A stretch of DNA of 44,958 nucleotides from Bacteroidota bacterium (GTDB lineage: Bacteria > Bacteroidota > Bacteroidia > NS11-12g > UBA955): positions 1 through 44,958 of the forward strand of contig VGGQ01000004.1 in assembly GCA_016868535.1 (NCBI GenBank), read 5' to 3'. The notes under the pieces are model-generated. The model was not told the origin of the DNA. It made no database searches and worked only from the letters and a program-made list of their open reading frames with translations. A program made the translations under genes and the position numbers. The stretch's first letter is position 1. Each line of letters starts with the position of its first letter. Shown here piece after piece: positions 26,907-36,728 of this stretch.

Positions 26907-27770
26907 TTAACGGATGGCTCCTTGGCTAGCCTGACGAAGCTCCTGAAGAGTTTTCGCAGCAAGGTAAAAATTCGGATCGGCTTTTAAGGCATCTTTCAAG
27001 GTATTGGCCATTGGCTGATATTGCTGTTTGACCTGCTGTACCATGGCTTTCAAATACAAAAAGGATGATTTAATTGCCAGATTCTCCTGTATTTGCTCTT
27101 GTAGATGGTGTAAGCGGACTTTTCTGGTAGCCGGAATATCAGCTTTGAGCGTTTGCTGTATAGCCGCTTCGGCACCTTTGACATTTCCGCGGGCTATCTC
27201 AATGTAAAGTTCATACCAGCGATAGGTGTAATCGCCGGTTTCTTTATACAATTGCCTAAAAGCCTCAACTGCACCGGTGTCATCCTGCTCTATGAGTAAA
27301 ATACGGGCTTTCATTTCGCGCAGGTAGAGGTTGTCTTTGTTGATGGCAAGGCCTTTGTTAATCATGTAGTTTACCAGCGAAGTGCTGCGGACCAGATCCA
27401 TTGGGTTGCCATAGAAGTAATAATAAAAAGCCAGTGAATCATAGGCCCATGGATATGCGGTTGGTTCTTCCGTAATCAGCAGTTGCAGACTTTGGGTAGC
27501 AGTTTTCATTTCGCGGAGCAATACCGCTTTCTCATATCCGTCTATCAGGTGTGAAACATATTGTATTTTCCATTGCGCTTGCATTCTGAGAGAGTCTTTC
27601 AGAATGCCGATTTCCCGTGTTTGCTTCTGCAGGGTTTCGTTAATTTTAGCCACCTCGGTATCCCGGCTAATTCTTTCGGTTCTGAGAACCTCATCCAGTT
27701 GCTTTTTGGAAATGCAACCGCCCATCAACAATACAGAGCAAAAGATTGGAAACAGACGCAACTTCATCAT
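26907..27770 (-). CDS. TPR-like lipoprotein with N-terminal coiled coil (paralog of the next gene)
   Basis: Lipobox MGGC; ALKADPNFYLA; YPWAYDSLAFY. Confidence 0.8.
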   Translation of the reverse strand: MMKLRLFPIFCSVLLMGGCISKKQLDEVLRTERISRDTEVAKINETLQKQTREIGILKDSLRMQAQWKIQYVSHLIDGYEKAVLLREMKTATQSLQLLITEEPTAYPWAYDSLAFYYYFYGNPMDLVRSTSLVNYMINKGLAINKDNLYLREMKARILLIEQDDTGAVEAFRQLYKETGDYTYRWYELYIEIARGNVKGAEAAIQQTLKADIPATRKVRLHHLQEQIQENLAIKSSFLYLKAMVQQVKQQYQPMANTLKDALKADPNFYLAAKTLQELRQASQGAIR

Positions 27771-28492
27771 TTGGGAGTGCCTTTACCAGCAGCGTTCTGC
27801 TGCATTTCATAAATGCCTTTCTTGGCCAGATAAAAGTTGGGAGAATAATCAAGGCATTTGCCCAGCATTTCAGCTGCACCGATAAAATTCCCCTGATTGT
27901 TTTTCATCAAGGCATCAAAGAATAGAAACGCCGCTCTGGCGTCTACAGATTCCTGCATTGCAACCTCAGGATGCGTAAATCTTACCTTTTTGGCTGCTGC
28001 ATCAGGCTGGCTTAAAACCAATTTGATTGCGGAATCGCATTTATCGAACCTGCCTGTGGCAAGATTAAGAAAAGTGATTTCCCAAAGATATGTGTAGTCT
28101 TTGTTCTTGCTCCATAGGGCGGTGAAAATTTCCATTGCCAGACTGTCTTTGCCCTGGCTTAGCAAAAGCTTGCCTTTCAATTCCTGTAAAAATTCATTTT
28201 CCGGATTGGACGCAAGGCCCTTTTCGCAATAATGTAAGGCGGTTGTCGGGTTTTTAACCAGCCCCGGAATATTCATGTAGAAAAAGTGATAAAAAGCCAG
28301 CGAATCGATAGCCCATGGATACCGGGCAGAGTCTTCCGTGGCAATGAGAGACAACGCTGTAATGGCCGTCTGATAATCCTGTGCTTCCCTTGCACCGGTA
28401 AATAAGCGGTAATTTCGGGTTTCTTTGCTTCCCGGATTGTTACAGGCAAGAAGCAGCGAAATGCTTGCCAGAATTGTCATGATATAGCGCAT
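27767..28492 (-). CDS. TPR-like lipoprotein
   Basis: Lipobox LLAC; YPWAIDSLAFY; CLDYSPNFYLA. Confidence 0.8.
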   Translation of the reverse strand: MRYIMTILASISLLLACNNPGSKETRNYRLFTGAREAQDYQTAITALSLIATEDSARYPWAIDSLAFYHFFYMNIPGLVKNPTTALHYCEKGLASNPENEFLQELKGKLLLSQGKDSLAMEIFTALWSKNKDYTYLWEITFLNLATGRFDKCDSAIKLVLSQPDAAAKKVRFTHPEVAMQESVDARAAFLFFDALMKNNQGNFIGAAEMLGKCLDYSPNFYLAKKGIYEMQQNAAGKGTPK

Positions 28493-28558
28493 AATTTAGA
28501 TACTGTTCTAAAGAAGGCAAATGTACTATTTCTGTAGTGTAGCTCCATACATTCGGGT

Positions 28559-29255
28559 GTGAAAAATTTTATCGGGTTTTGCTTTGTTGTTTTCGTCCTC
28601 TTGTTTCCTGTAATAGGGTTTGCCCAGACGCTTCTCATTGAAGTACTTATTCCCAATGTATGCATTACTCAGACGTAAAGCTGCGCGTTAAAAACTGTAC
28701 AGGTTTCACCAATTAAGAATGCCAAACAGGCAGTGGATTGTATCAATTGTTAGCTGCCGGGTTCCATCACCGACAGCCTTTTTGGCAGGGCTCCACTGGT
28801 TACCAAAGCCGGCTGCAAGTATTTTTGTGAAAACAAAGATGCAATCAACTACGGTGATACCGCTGTCAAGAGTATTTCTTTCAGCCCCAGTATGCTTTTT
28901 ACAACCGATTTCACGCTAGACTTTTCCATTTCTAATTCGGTGTGTTTTGTGCCCTCATCCTATGTGTGGGTTCCTTCCGGTTTTTCACCCAACCAAAATG
29001 GATTTAACTATGTTTTTAAACCTACAACGGGTTACATTTTCGGCAACCACCCCAATCCGGCCCTGCGTTGCGAATATTAGAATTTTTAACCGCTTGGAAC
29101 AGATGATTTTTAATACCGGTAAACCGGCTCAGGGATGGGATGGTACTTTTATAAACAACCAATGCCCCGCAAGTTTATACATCCATGAGGTAAAAGCGAT
29201 TGGTTACGATGGTATTCCTCATCAAAAAAGAGGCACTGTGTATCTTATACGTTAA
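28559..29255 (+). pseudogene. Frameshifted T9SS type B (gliding-motility-associated CTD) protein
   Basis: Signal peptide from GTG 28559 stops early; VWVPSGFSPNQNGFNYVFKP and IFNR..GWDGTF..KRGTVYLIR lie in different frames. Confidence 0.75.
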
Positions 29256-29297
29256 CGAAAACTCTAACAATAAAATTAAACTGACCCAAAGTGTTGG

Positions 29298-29305
29298 TAA
29301 ATTTG
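29298..29305 (+). promoter_or_regulatory. -7 promoter box of ffh
   Basis: TAAATTTG 10 nt before the ATG. Confidence 0.55.
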
Positions 29306-29315
29306 CAACGCGCTT

Positions 29316-30638
29316 ATGTTTGATAACTTGCAACGGAAACTGGAAAAAGCCTTTAAGACCCTGAAGGGGCAAGGCAAAATCAATGATTTAAACGTGGCAG
29401 AAACGGTAAAGGAAATTCGCCGTGCGCTTATTTCTGCTGACGTTAACTTCAAGGTAGCCAAAGAATTTACCGACAAAGTGTTGGAAGAAGCCCGTGGGAA
29501 AAATGTGCTCACAGCGGTTTCGCCGGGTCAGCTGCTCACAAAAATAGTCTATGATGAGCTGGTAGAATTGCTGGGGGGCCAGCAATCAGAACTCAAATTG
29601 TCGGGCAGCCCTGCAGTGATTCTCATTGCCGGCTTGCAGGGTTCAGGTAAAACCACGTTCACTGGAAAACTGGGTCGGTTTCTTAAATCGCAGGGTAAAA
29701 ATCCGCTGCTGGTTGCCTGTGATGTTTACCGACCCGCCGCCCGCGAACAGCTGAAGGTGCTGGGATCAGCCACGGAAGTTAAGGTTTTTAGCGAGGACCA
29801 AAGCACAGATCCGTTGAGTATTGCCAGAAACGCCATTGCATTCGCAAAATTGAATAACCATAATGTAGTGGTGGTTGATACCGCCGGTCGAACTTCGGTA
29901 GATCAGCAGATGATGGACGAAATAGCGGCCCTTAAAAAGTCGCTGAATCCGGCAGAAATACTGTTTGTTGTGGATTCTATGACCGGTCAGGATGCAGTAA
30001 ATACTGCGCGCACATTCAATCAGGTACTGGATTTTACGGGTGTGGCGCTGACCAAGCTCGATGGTGACACCCGCGGTGGTGCGGCCTTGTCCATTAAATC
30101 TGTGGTAAACAAACCCATCAAATTTGTTAGTAATGGCGAAAAACCCGAAGCCCTGGATGTTTTCTATCCCGACAGGATGGCCGGCCGTATTCTAGGTAAG
30201 GGTGATGTGGTAACCTTGGTGGAAAAAGCCCAGGCGGCTTTTGATGAAGAGGAAGCAGCACGCCTTTCCAAAAAAATAGCCAAAAACAATTTTGATTTTG
30301 ATGACTTTTTGATTCAGCTCCAGCAAATCAAGAAAATGGGAAATATGAAAGACCTGATGGCGATGATTCCCGGTTTGGGCAGCAAAATCAAGGATATGGA
30401 TATTGATGAAAATGCTTTCAAGGGCATTGAAGCTATGATTCAGTCTATGACTCCGGCCGAAAGGGCTAAGCCTGAAATCCTCAATGGATCGCGCAAACAA
30501 CGTATTGTAAATGGCAGTGGCAGGTCTATTCAGGAGCTCAATAAACTTCTTATCCAGTTCAACCAGATGCGGCAGATGATGAAATCCATGCAAAACCGGA
30601 AAATGCCTGCAATGGGTTTCTCTGGAATGCGCCTCTGA
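29316..30638 (+). CDS. ffh: Signal recognition particle protein
   Basis: GLQGSGKTT, DTAGR, TKLDGDTRGGAALS, M domain. Confidence 0.98.
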   Translation: MFDNLQRKLEKAFKTLKGQGKINDLNVAETVKEIRRALISADVNFKVAKEFTDKVLEEARGKNVLTAVSPGQLLTKIVYDELVELLGGQQSELKLSGSPAVILIAGLQGSGKTTFTGKLGRFLKSQGKNPLLVACDVYRPAAREQLKVLGSATEVKVFSEDQSTDPLSIARNAIAFAKLNNHNVVVVDTAGRTSVDQQMMDEIAALKKSLNPAEILFVVDSMTGQDAVNTARTFNQVLDFTGVALTKLDGDTRGGAALSIKSVVNKPIKFVSNGEKPEALDVFYPDRMAGRILGKGDVVTLVEKAQAAFDEEEAARLSKKIAKNNFDFDDFLIQLQQIKKMGNMKDLMAMIPGLGSKIKDMDIDENAFKGIEAMIQSMTPAERAKPEILNGSRKQRIVNGSGRSIQELNKLLIQFNQMRQMMKSMQNRKMPAMGFSGMRL

Positions 30639-31012
30639 TTGAAATGGCATTTCTTTACAATTTTATGACAATTATGCCTTAAGGTCACCACCAATCGTCC
30701 AAGATAATGATCTGATTTATAGCATTTTGGAGAGAAACGCAGTTTTCTTCGGTAAAAAACAGATGACCGAAATCTATTGTTTAATCTCCCCTATTGTCAC
30801 ATTGTATTAGTGTTTAATGGATATGTGCAGATTGATGATATTGATATTTAAATATCTGATATACAAATGTTTGTGTTGAATTTATTTTTGATTGCTTCAT
30901 GGATTTGAGTAAAAGTAACATTGGTCTTCTTTTGTTGTGTGAACCAATTATAGATTACAATGTTGGCATTGAAAATGACAGTCAGGTATGTTGATTTGGA
31001 TTTTTCCGATTA

Positions 31013-34000
31013 ATGAATTTAATTTGGAAACTAAACCACATTATAATGAAAGCACAAATACGCAATTTTCTAATCAGTTCTCTAGTCCTAGCATTGCAGT
31101 TCACCGGGCTCAAAGCTCAGGGTTATCTGTATCGTGATACATTCATTCAGAACGCACAATATTGTCCAACCGGAACCTACGCCTACAAGTGGAGTAATTA
31201 CAAAAAATTCCGCGGTAATCTTGACACAATAAACAGCTACTTCACTCAAGTTAGATTTTGGGGTGAAGTTGCTCAGAATAATAGCGTTTCAGCAAGAACC
31301 TGTAATGACAGGTTTGTAATTAATGGCCTTGCAAATGCCTTAAAAAATGGAACGGCATATGTCGGCACGTGCAATGGATACAAGTGGGAAGTTAGTGCGG
31401 CAGGTACATGTAACAACGGTGGTTGCGGCGCACCAACTTCTGAAGTTGTACATTTCGCTTCTTATCCATCTTCCGCATCTACAGGAGTTTGCGCCTGTGC
31501 TGCACAAGATTATTGGGTAATCAGAACAACCATACAAAACTTCAATAAAGGTGGTATCATGGTAGGAACCGCCGGAACTACCTGTAACCCCAGCACCCAA
31601 TGGGTGGAACTGGAATTTAAAGCCAAACCCCCTATTGGACTGGATGTGCAAACACTTAACATCAATGCTCCCGACAAATGTGTTTACAAACAAGATATCA
31701 AAGCCCGTTTCAAAAACGTCGGTAAAAACCAGTTTGACAGTTTTCAGTACTACCTGAAAATCAATACAACTACTACCGGTCCTTTCAAGGCCAAGGTTAA
31801 ACTGGCTCCTGGCAAGGATACGCTGTGGACTGTTTCTGCGGGTTATACTTATACAGCCAATACCAACTATACAATATCGGTTTGGGCTAAAAACCCAAAT
31901 AATAAACTGGATAGTTTTGCAGCCAACGATACGTCCACTACTGCTTTCCGCTTCAGTGGATATAAGCCTACACCCAATGGAATTGATACCACAGTATGTG
32001 GTAGCCAGAGCCTGTTACTCCGAGCTGTGCCTGTTAATGCTTCGGATTCTATAATCTGGTATTCTGACAGGGCCTTGACCAAAGGCGTGGGTCGTGGAAG
32101 AACCTATAAAACTCCTTATTTGGCCTCAGGGTTCACTTATAAATATTATGTATCAACCTACTCCGATTTGGAAAAGGCCATGCTTTCTACCGGCTTGAAT
32201 GCACCGGCTTATGGCTGGCCGTCCAGTATGTTCGATATCCGAACTAAGGGTAGCGATATAACGGTAGACAGTTTAGCTTTGAATATTTATGACTGGAACT
32301 TTGGAGTCGGAACTTCACTTGATGTAGAAGTTTGGCTTCGCAAAGGTAGTTGGAGTGATCCCGGAGCCACTACAAATTCAAGCATGTGGACCAAAATTTA
32401 TACAGGCCCGGTAATTTCAAGAGGCAGTGCGAAACCCAGTATTTTGAAAGCCTCATTTAACATGTCAGGTGGTCAGCAGTATGCAGTGTATGTTAATCCT
32501 ACTGTAACGGCCTCAAATACCATTTTAGCCAAATATGCTTCAGTTACCTACCAGAATTCCGACTTAGTGTTGTCGGGTGGTACACTTAACCAGATTAATT
32601 TTGGTACTGCGTTGAGCGGCTATACAATAGAGACAGAAGTATATTACAGAAAATACTTGTGTATTAGCGCGCCCGATAGCGTTACTTTAAAAATTAACCC
32701 TGCTCCTTTTGGGGCTAAACTCTCTTCAGGAACTCCTTTCCAAACTTCTCCCAAGAAATCCGGTACCGGAAATCTGGGTTCTCCGCATGTTGTTGCGCTG
32801 GGAGATACCCTTGCATACGACCTGATGGAACCAACCGGATATAAAAACAGCAGTCATAATACATCCTGGAAGGTTAAGAATGTGACCATGAAGTCAGAAA
32901 CAGGTCGTGTTCTTAAAACATTTACCTGGTCTGATCCTGTGGCTTCTTCAGGTGCCGCCGGCCGGTTGGTATATACACCCGACAAAATTGACATAGACTC
33001 ACAATATACCGCAGAAGTTAGCATTCAGGACTTGGGCCCTTACAATTGCGATACTTTACTCAAGCATTACATTTACGTAGCCCCCCTTCCTGAGCCTGAC
33101 TTTACACGCACCAAGGTAACCTGCGAAGGCGATGCGGTAGAGTTTGTTAATAAAAGCAAAATTGCAAGTGGATTCCTGGACCACATGTGGTACTTTGGCG
33201 ATGGTGACAGCAGCGAAGCGGTTGACCCCATTCACTTCTACCCCAAGGGTGGTATTTACTATGTAAAATATAAGGCTATCTCCAGCATTTATGGTTATGA
33301 GCGCATCAAGCGCGACACCATTACGGTGAGCCCTCTTCCCAATGTAAACTTCCGCATACTGAACGTTTGCGAAGGCAAGACCCACCAGTTCATTAATACA
33401 TCTACCGGTCTGGGTTCGCTCACCTACAAATGGAATTTTGGTGTGACCCCCGGCACCAATGCCACCAGCAAGGATGCGACATTTAAATATAGCAAGCCGG
33501 GTCAGTATAATGTAACACTTACTGTTGAAGATAATGGTTGTCCTGCATCACGCACCAAAACAGCCTATCTGTTCAATACCCCGAAAGCAGATTTCTCATA
33601 CCCCAGCGATCCGGGTCTGAAATTCTGCAGTAATGTACCGGTTCAGTTAACCAACAAGAGTACATTGGTAAGTGGTATTCTGGGTCAGATTTGGAGTTTT
33701 GGCGACGGTGAAGTAGGAACTGTTAAAAATCCATTGCACCGGTTCAAGTCGGGCGGAACTTACACAATCAGGCTGATAGCCAACACTGAATTTGGATGCG
33801 CTGACACAACAACTAAAATGATCGATATCGGCAGCGCGCCTGTAGTTACCTGGACCAACGGTCAGGTATGTGACCAGACGCCAACCCAGTTCACCAATGG
33901 CACAGCGGCCATCAGCGGCTTTGCCTCAGCACCCAAGTGGAACTTTGGTGATGGCGGCACATCAACAGCAGACAATCCCTCGCATCAGTTCACGACCCTG

Positions 34001-34840
34001 GGTCCCAAGACCGTGAAGCTGGTAGTGAGCGTAAACAATGGCTGCAGCGACAGCATGACCAAAACCCTGAGTGTAGGAACACAGGCAATCGCTGACTTCA
34101 GCGTGCAGAATACCTGCTCAGGCAAACCTGTACAGTTCGACAACAAATCGAGCGTGAGACAGGGCAATATGGTATACGAGTGGGATTTCGGAGACGGCTC
34201 ACCACTTTCAAATATGAGTGACCCTGTTCACACCTACAACACCAGCAACTCATTCAGCCCTAATGTGAAGTTGAAGGTGGTAGTGGATGGCCTATGCGAA
34301 ACAATCATAACCAAGCCCTTGCAGGTGTTTGAATTGCCAAACTGTACGTTCACGGTAACCGACGACTGGACTCCCGGTGACGGCCACAGAACTATTAGAT
34401 TACAAGCTGCTAATACCACGTATCCATTCTATCGCTATAAGTTCTCGGACGGAGGATCAATGAATACCCCGAGCGGCGTGTATCAGTTCCCTTATGAGGG
34501 CGACTTCGACATCACGCTGTATGCAAGGAACCAGGCAGATTGTGAGTGCAGCAAGATGGTTGTGAAATCAATCCGCAACAGCATGGGCACTACTGGCGTG
34601 GGCGAGGGCAGCATCAAGTTGTATCCTAACCCCAGCAACGGAGTGGTGAATGTGGAATCCAACAGCCGCATACAGAAGATAGCCGTGTACAATGTACTGG
34701 GTGAATCTGTAGAAGCCGGTATTAACTTAAAAGGCAATACTGCAGAGCTTCGCATGCAGAGTTTGTCGGAGGGCGTTTACCTGGTGAAAATCACCACCGA
34801 AAACGGTGTGGTTACCCGCAGCGTGAGCATAAATCGCTAA
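31013..34840 (+). CDS. Large secreted PKD/Ig-repeat protein with T9SS type A CTD
   Basis: Signal peptide (start likely MKAQ); repeated WxFGDG PKD domains; LYPNPSNG..GVYLVKI. Confidence 0.92.
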   Translation: MNLIWKLNHIIMKAQIRNFLISSLVLALQFTGLKAQGYLYRDTFIQNAQYCPTGTYAYKWSNYKKFRGNLDTINSYFTQVRFWGEVAQNNSVSARTCNDRFVINGLANALKNGTAYVGTCNGYKWEVSAAGTCNNGGCGAPTSEVVHFASYPSSASTGVCACAAQDYWVIRTTIQNFNKGGIMVGTAGTTCNPSTQWVELEFKAKPPIGLDVQTLNINAPDKCVYKQDIKARFKNVGKNQFDSFQYYLKINTTTTGPFKAKVKLAPGKDTLWTVSAGYTYTANTNYTISVWAKNPNNKLDSFAANDTSTTAFRFSGYKPTPNGIDTTVCGSQSLLLRAVPVNASDSIIWYSDRALTKGVGRGRTYKTPYLASGFTYKYYVSTYSDLEKAMLSTGLNAPAYGWPSSMFDIRTKGSDITVDSLALNIYDWNFGVGTSLDVEVWLRKGSWSDPGATTNSSMWTKIYTGPVISRGSAKPSILKASFNMSGGQQYAVYVNPTVTASNTILAKYASVTYQNSDLVLSGGTLNQINFGTALSGYTIETEVYYRKYLCISAPDSVTLKINPAPFGAKLSSGTPFQTSPKKSGTGNLGSPHVVALGDTLAYDLMEPTGYKNSSHNTSWKVKNVTMKSETGRVLKTFTWSDPVASSGAAGRLVYTPDKIDIDSQYTAEVSIQDLGPYNCDTLLKHYIYVAPLPEPDFTRTKVTCEGDAVEFVNKSKIASGFLDHMWYFGDGDSSEAVDPIHFYPKGGIYYVKYKAISSIYGYERIKRDTITVSPLPNVNFRILNVCEGKTHQFINTSTGLGSLTYKWNFGVTPGTNATSKDATFKYSKPGQYNVTLTVEDNGCPASRTKTAYLFNTPKADFSYPSDPGLKFCSNVPVQLTNKSTLVSGILGQIWSFGDGEVGTVKNPLHRFKSGGTYTIRLIANTEFGCADTTTKMIDIGSAPVVTWTNGQVCDQTPTQFTNGTAAISGFASAPKWNFGDGGTSTADNPSHQFTTLGPKTVKLVVSVNNGCSDSMTKTLSVGTQAIADFSVQNTCSGKPVQFDNKSSVRQGNMVYEWDFGDGSPLSNMSDPVHTYNTSNSFSPNVKLKVVVDGLCETIITKPLQVFELPNCTFTVTDDWTPGDGHRTIRLQAANTTYPFYRYKFSDGGSMNTPSGVYQFPYEGDFDITLYARNQADCECSKMVVKSIRNSMGTTGVGEGSIKLYPNPSNGVVNVESNSRIQKIAVYNVLGESVEAGINLKGNTAELRMQSLSEGVYLVKITTENGVVTRSVSINR

Positions 34841-34865
34841 GAGAATTTAACAAATTTCATATTAG

Positions 34866-34899
34866 GAAAGCCCTGCCTTGCCGCAGGGCTTTCTTTTTT
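34866..34899 (+). terminator. Rho-independent terminator
   Basis: GAAAGCCCTGC-N6-GCAGGGCTTTC followed by a T run. Confidence 0.85.
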
Positions 34900-34905
34900 G
34901 TTACT

Positions 34906-35562
34906 TTGAAAACCATTATGAACCGATCTGATATAGCTGATTTACGCAAAGAATATACCCGGGCGTTCCTGAATCCAGAAGATCTGCCCGATAATCCGCT
35001 GCAGGCATTTGCCAACTGGTTTGATTTTGCCATACATGAAAGTTTACATGAACCCAATGCCATGGTGCTATCTACCGCTGTGAATAACCGCCCTTCTTCA
35101 AGGGTGGTGCTGCTTAAGGGTATTTCAGAAGGTGGCTTTGTTTTTTATACCAATTATAATAGCAAAAAGGGTCGGGAATTGATTGAAAATCCTGTTGCAA
35201 GTCTCAATTTTCACTGGGCGCAGCAGGAAAGACAGGTTAGAATAGAAGGTAAAGTTGAAAAGGTATCGGCACAGGAGAGCGATGCATACTTTGATAGCCG
35301 TCCGCGTTTGAGTCAGGCTGGAGCCATTGTTTCCGGACAAAGCAGTGTGGTAAACTCCCGTCAGGAGTTGGATTCCAGCATGAAGGAACTCATGGAAAGC
35401 AACCCTGATAAGCCACTGGTGCGTCCAGCCCACTGGGGAGGTTTTAGGTTAATGCCGGATTACCTGGAATTCTGGCAGGGAAGGCCCGGTAGGGTTCATG
35501 ACCGCATAGCGTATTCACTATCAGCGGATGGAAGCTGGTCTAAAAGCAGGTTAAGTCCATAG
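34906..35562 (+). CDS. pdxH: Pyridoxamine 5'-phosphate oxidase
   Basis: RVVLLK, FYTNYNSKKG, RQVRIEG, EFWQGRPGRVHDR. Confidence 0.97.
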   Translation: MKTIMNRSDIADLRKEYTRAFLNPEDLPDNPLQAFANWFDFAIHESLHEPNAMVLSTAVNNRPSSRVVLLKGISEGGFVFYTNYNSKKGRELIENPVASLNFHWAQQERQVRIEGKVEKVSAQESDAYFDSRPRLSQAGAIVSGQSSVVNSRQELDSSMKELMESNPDKPLVRPAHWGGFRLMPDYLEFWQGRPGRVHDRIAYSLSADGSWSKSRLSP

Positions 35563-35574
35563 AAAAGGCCTTTA

Positions 35575-35709
35575 TCAAGCCTTCTTGGTTTTTTTCTTAG
35601 GTGCGGCGGCTGTTGGAGCTGCTGCGGCCTTTACCCTGTAGGGTCTGTGTTTGCCGTAAGATCCGTTGTGAATTTTACCGCGCTTGGTTTTCAAGTCTCC
35701 TTTACCCAT
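35575..35709 (-). CDS. thx: 30S ribosomal protein THX (bS31), 44 aa, absent from the ORF track
   Basis: MGKGDLKTKRGKIHNGSYGKHRP. Confidence 0.92.
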   Translation of the reverse strand: MGKGDLKTKRGKIHNGSYGKHRPYRVKAAAAPTAAAPKKKTKKA

Positions 35710-35749
35710 AATGAGGGCGAAATTAAAAAACTTGATAAAACTTTAAAAA

Positions 35750-36571
35750 TCATTTATCCGGGTCTTTAAAATTTTCCATCAGGTCTGCCGCAATACCGGT
35801 ATAGCTGAATCCTCCGTCGTGAAAGAGGTTTTGCATGGTTACCATACGGGTATATTCGCTGAACATAGATACACAATAGTCTGCGCAGCTTTTGGCGTCT
35901 GCATTCCCAAGGGGGCTCATGGTATCTGCATAATTGAAAAAGGCATCAAAACCGGTAACACCGCTGCCAGCCGTAGTTTTTGTAGGGCTCTGGGAAATAG
36001 TGTTTACGCGCACTTTTTTGTGTTTGCCAAAGTGATATCCAAAACTGCGGGCAATACTTTCCAGCAGGGATTTGGCCTCGGCCATTTCGCTGTAGTCCGG
36101 AAATACGCGCTGCGCGGCAATGTAGGTTAATCCCACAATGCTTCCCCATTCTGCCATAGCATCTTGCTTCCACAAAGTTTGCATGAGGCGGTGAAACGAC
36201 ATGGCTGAAATATCCAGTGTCTGGTGCATATATTCATAATTGAGTTCCGTGTACGGAATTTTCTTGCGCACATTCAGGCTCATGCCCACACTATGTAATA
36301 CGAAATCAAGCTTACCACCCAGTTTTTCCATGCTTTGGCTTACCAGGGTTTCCAGGTCCTCCATTTTGGTAATATCGGCGTAGATGAGAGGGGCATTCAG
36401 TTTTGTTGCCAGCTCCTCGGTTTGTCCTACGCGTGCTGCAACGGGTGCATTGGTTAATACAATTTGTGCTCCTTCGGCATGGCAGCGTTCTGCCACATGC
36501 CAGGCGATCGAATTTTCATTGAGTGCGCCGAAAATGATACCGCGCTTGCCTTTCAAAATTTGATTTCCCAT
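35750..36571 (-). CDS. fabI: Enoyl-ACP reductase
   Basis: GALNENSIAW, RVNTISQSP, QNLFHDGG; TACCTTTG box at 36582-36589 favours the start at 36571. Confidence 0.95.
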   Translation of the reverse strand: MGNQILKGKRGIIFGALNENSIAWHVAERCHAEGAQIVLTNAPVAARVGQTEELATKLNAPLIYADITKMEDLETLVSQSMEKLGGKLDFVLHSVGMSLNVRKKIPYTELNYEYMHQTLDISAMSFHRLMQTLWKQDAMAEWGSIVGLTYIAAQRVFPDYSEMAEAKSLLESIARSFGYHFGKHKKVRVNTISQSPTKTTAGSGVTGFDAFFNYADTMSPLGNADAKSCADYCVSMFSEYTRMVTMQNLFHDGGFSYTGIAADLMENFKDPDK

Positions 36572-36728
36572 AACGATGGGCCAAAGGTAAAACATTTATC
36601 CGAATTAAAAGGGATACCCATTTTCCATGATTTTGCAAGTGGCTGGATACAATTAGTATCTAACTGTAATGAGCAACTATCCTATAGTTTGATTTGTTTT
36701 TTTAATATTCATGGTATAGTTTTACCTT

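Noticed and set aside
30640-31010. Long AT-rich spacer after ffh as a possible SRP RNA or other ncRNA
   Set aside because: No SRP domain IV motif or strong structure; reads as a promoter region.
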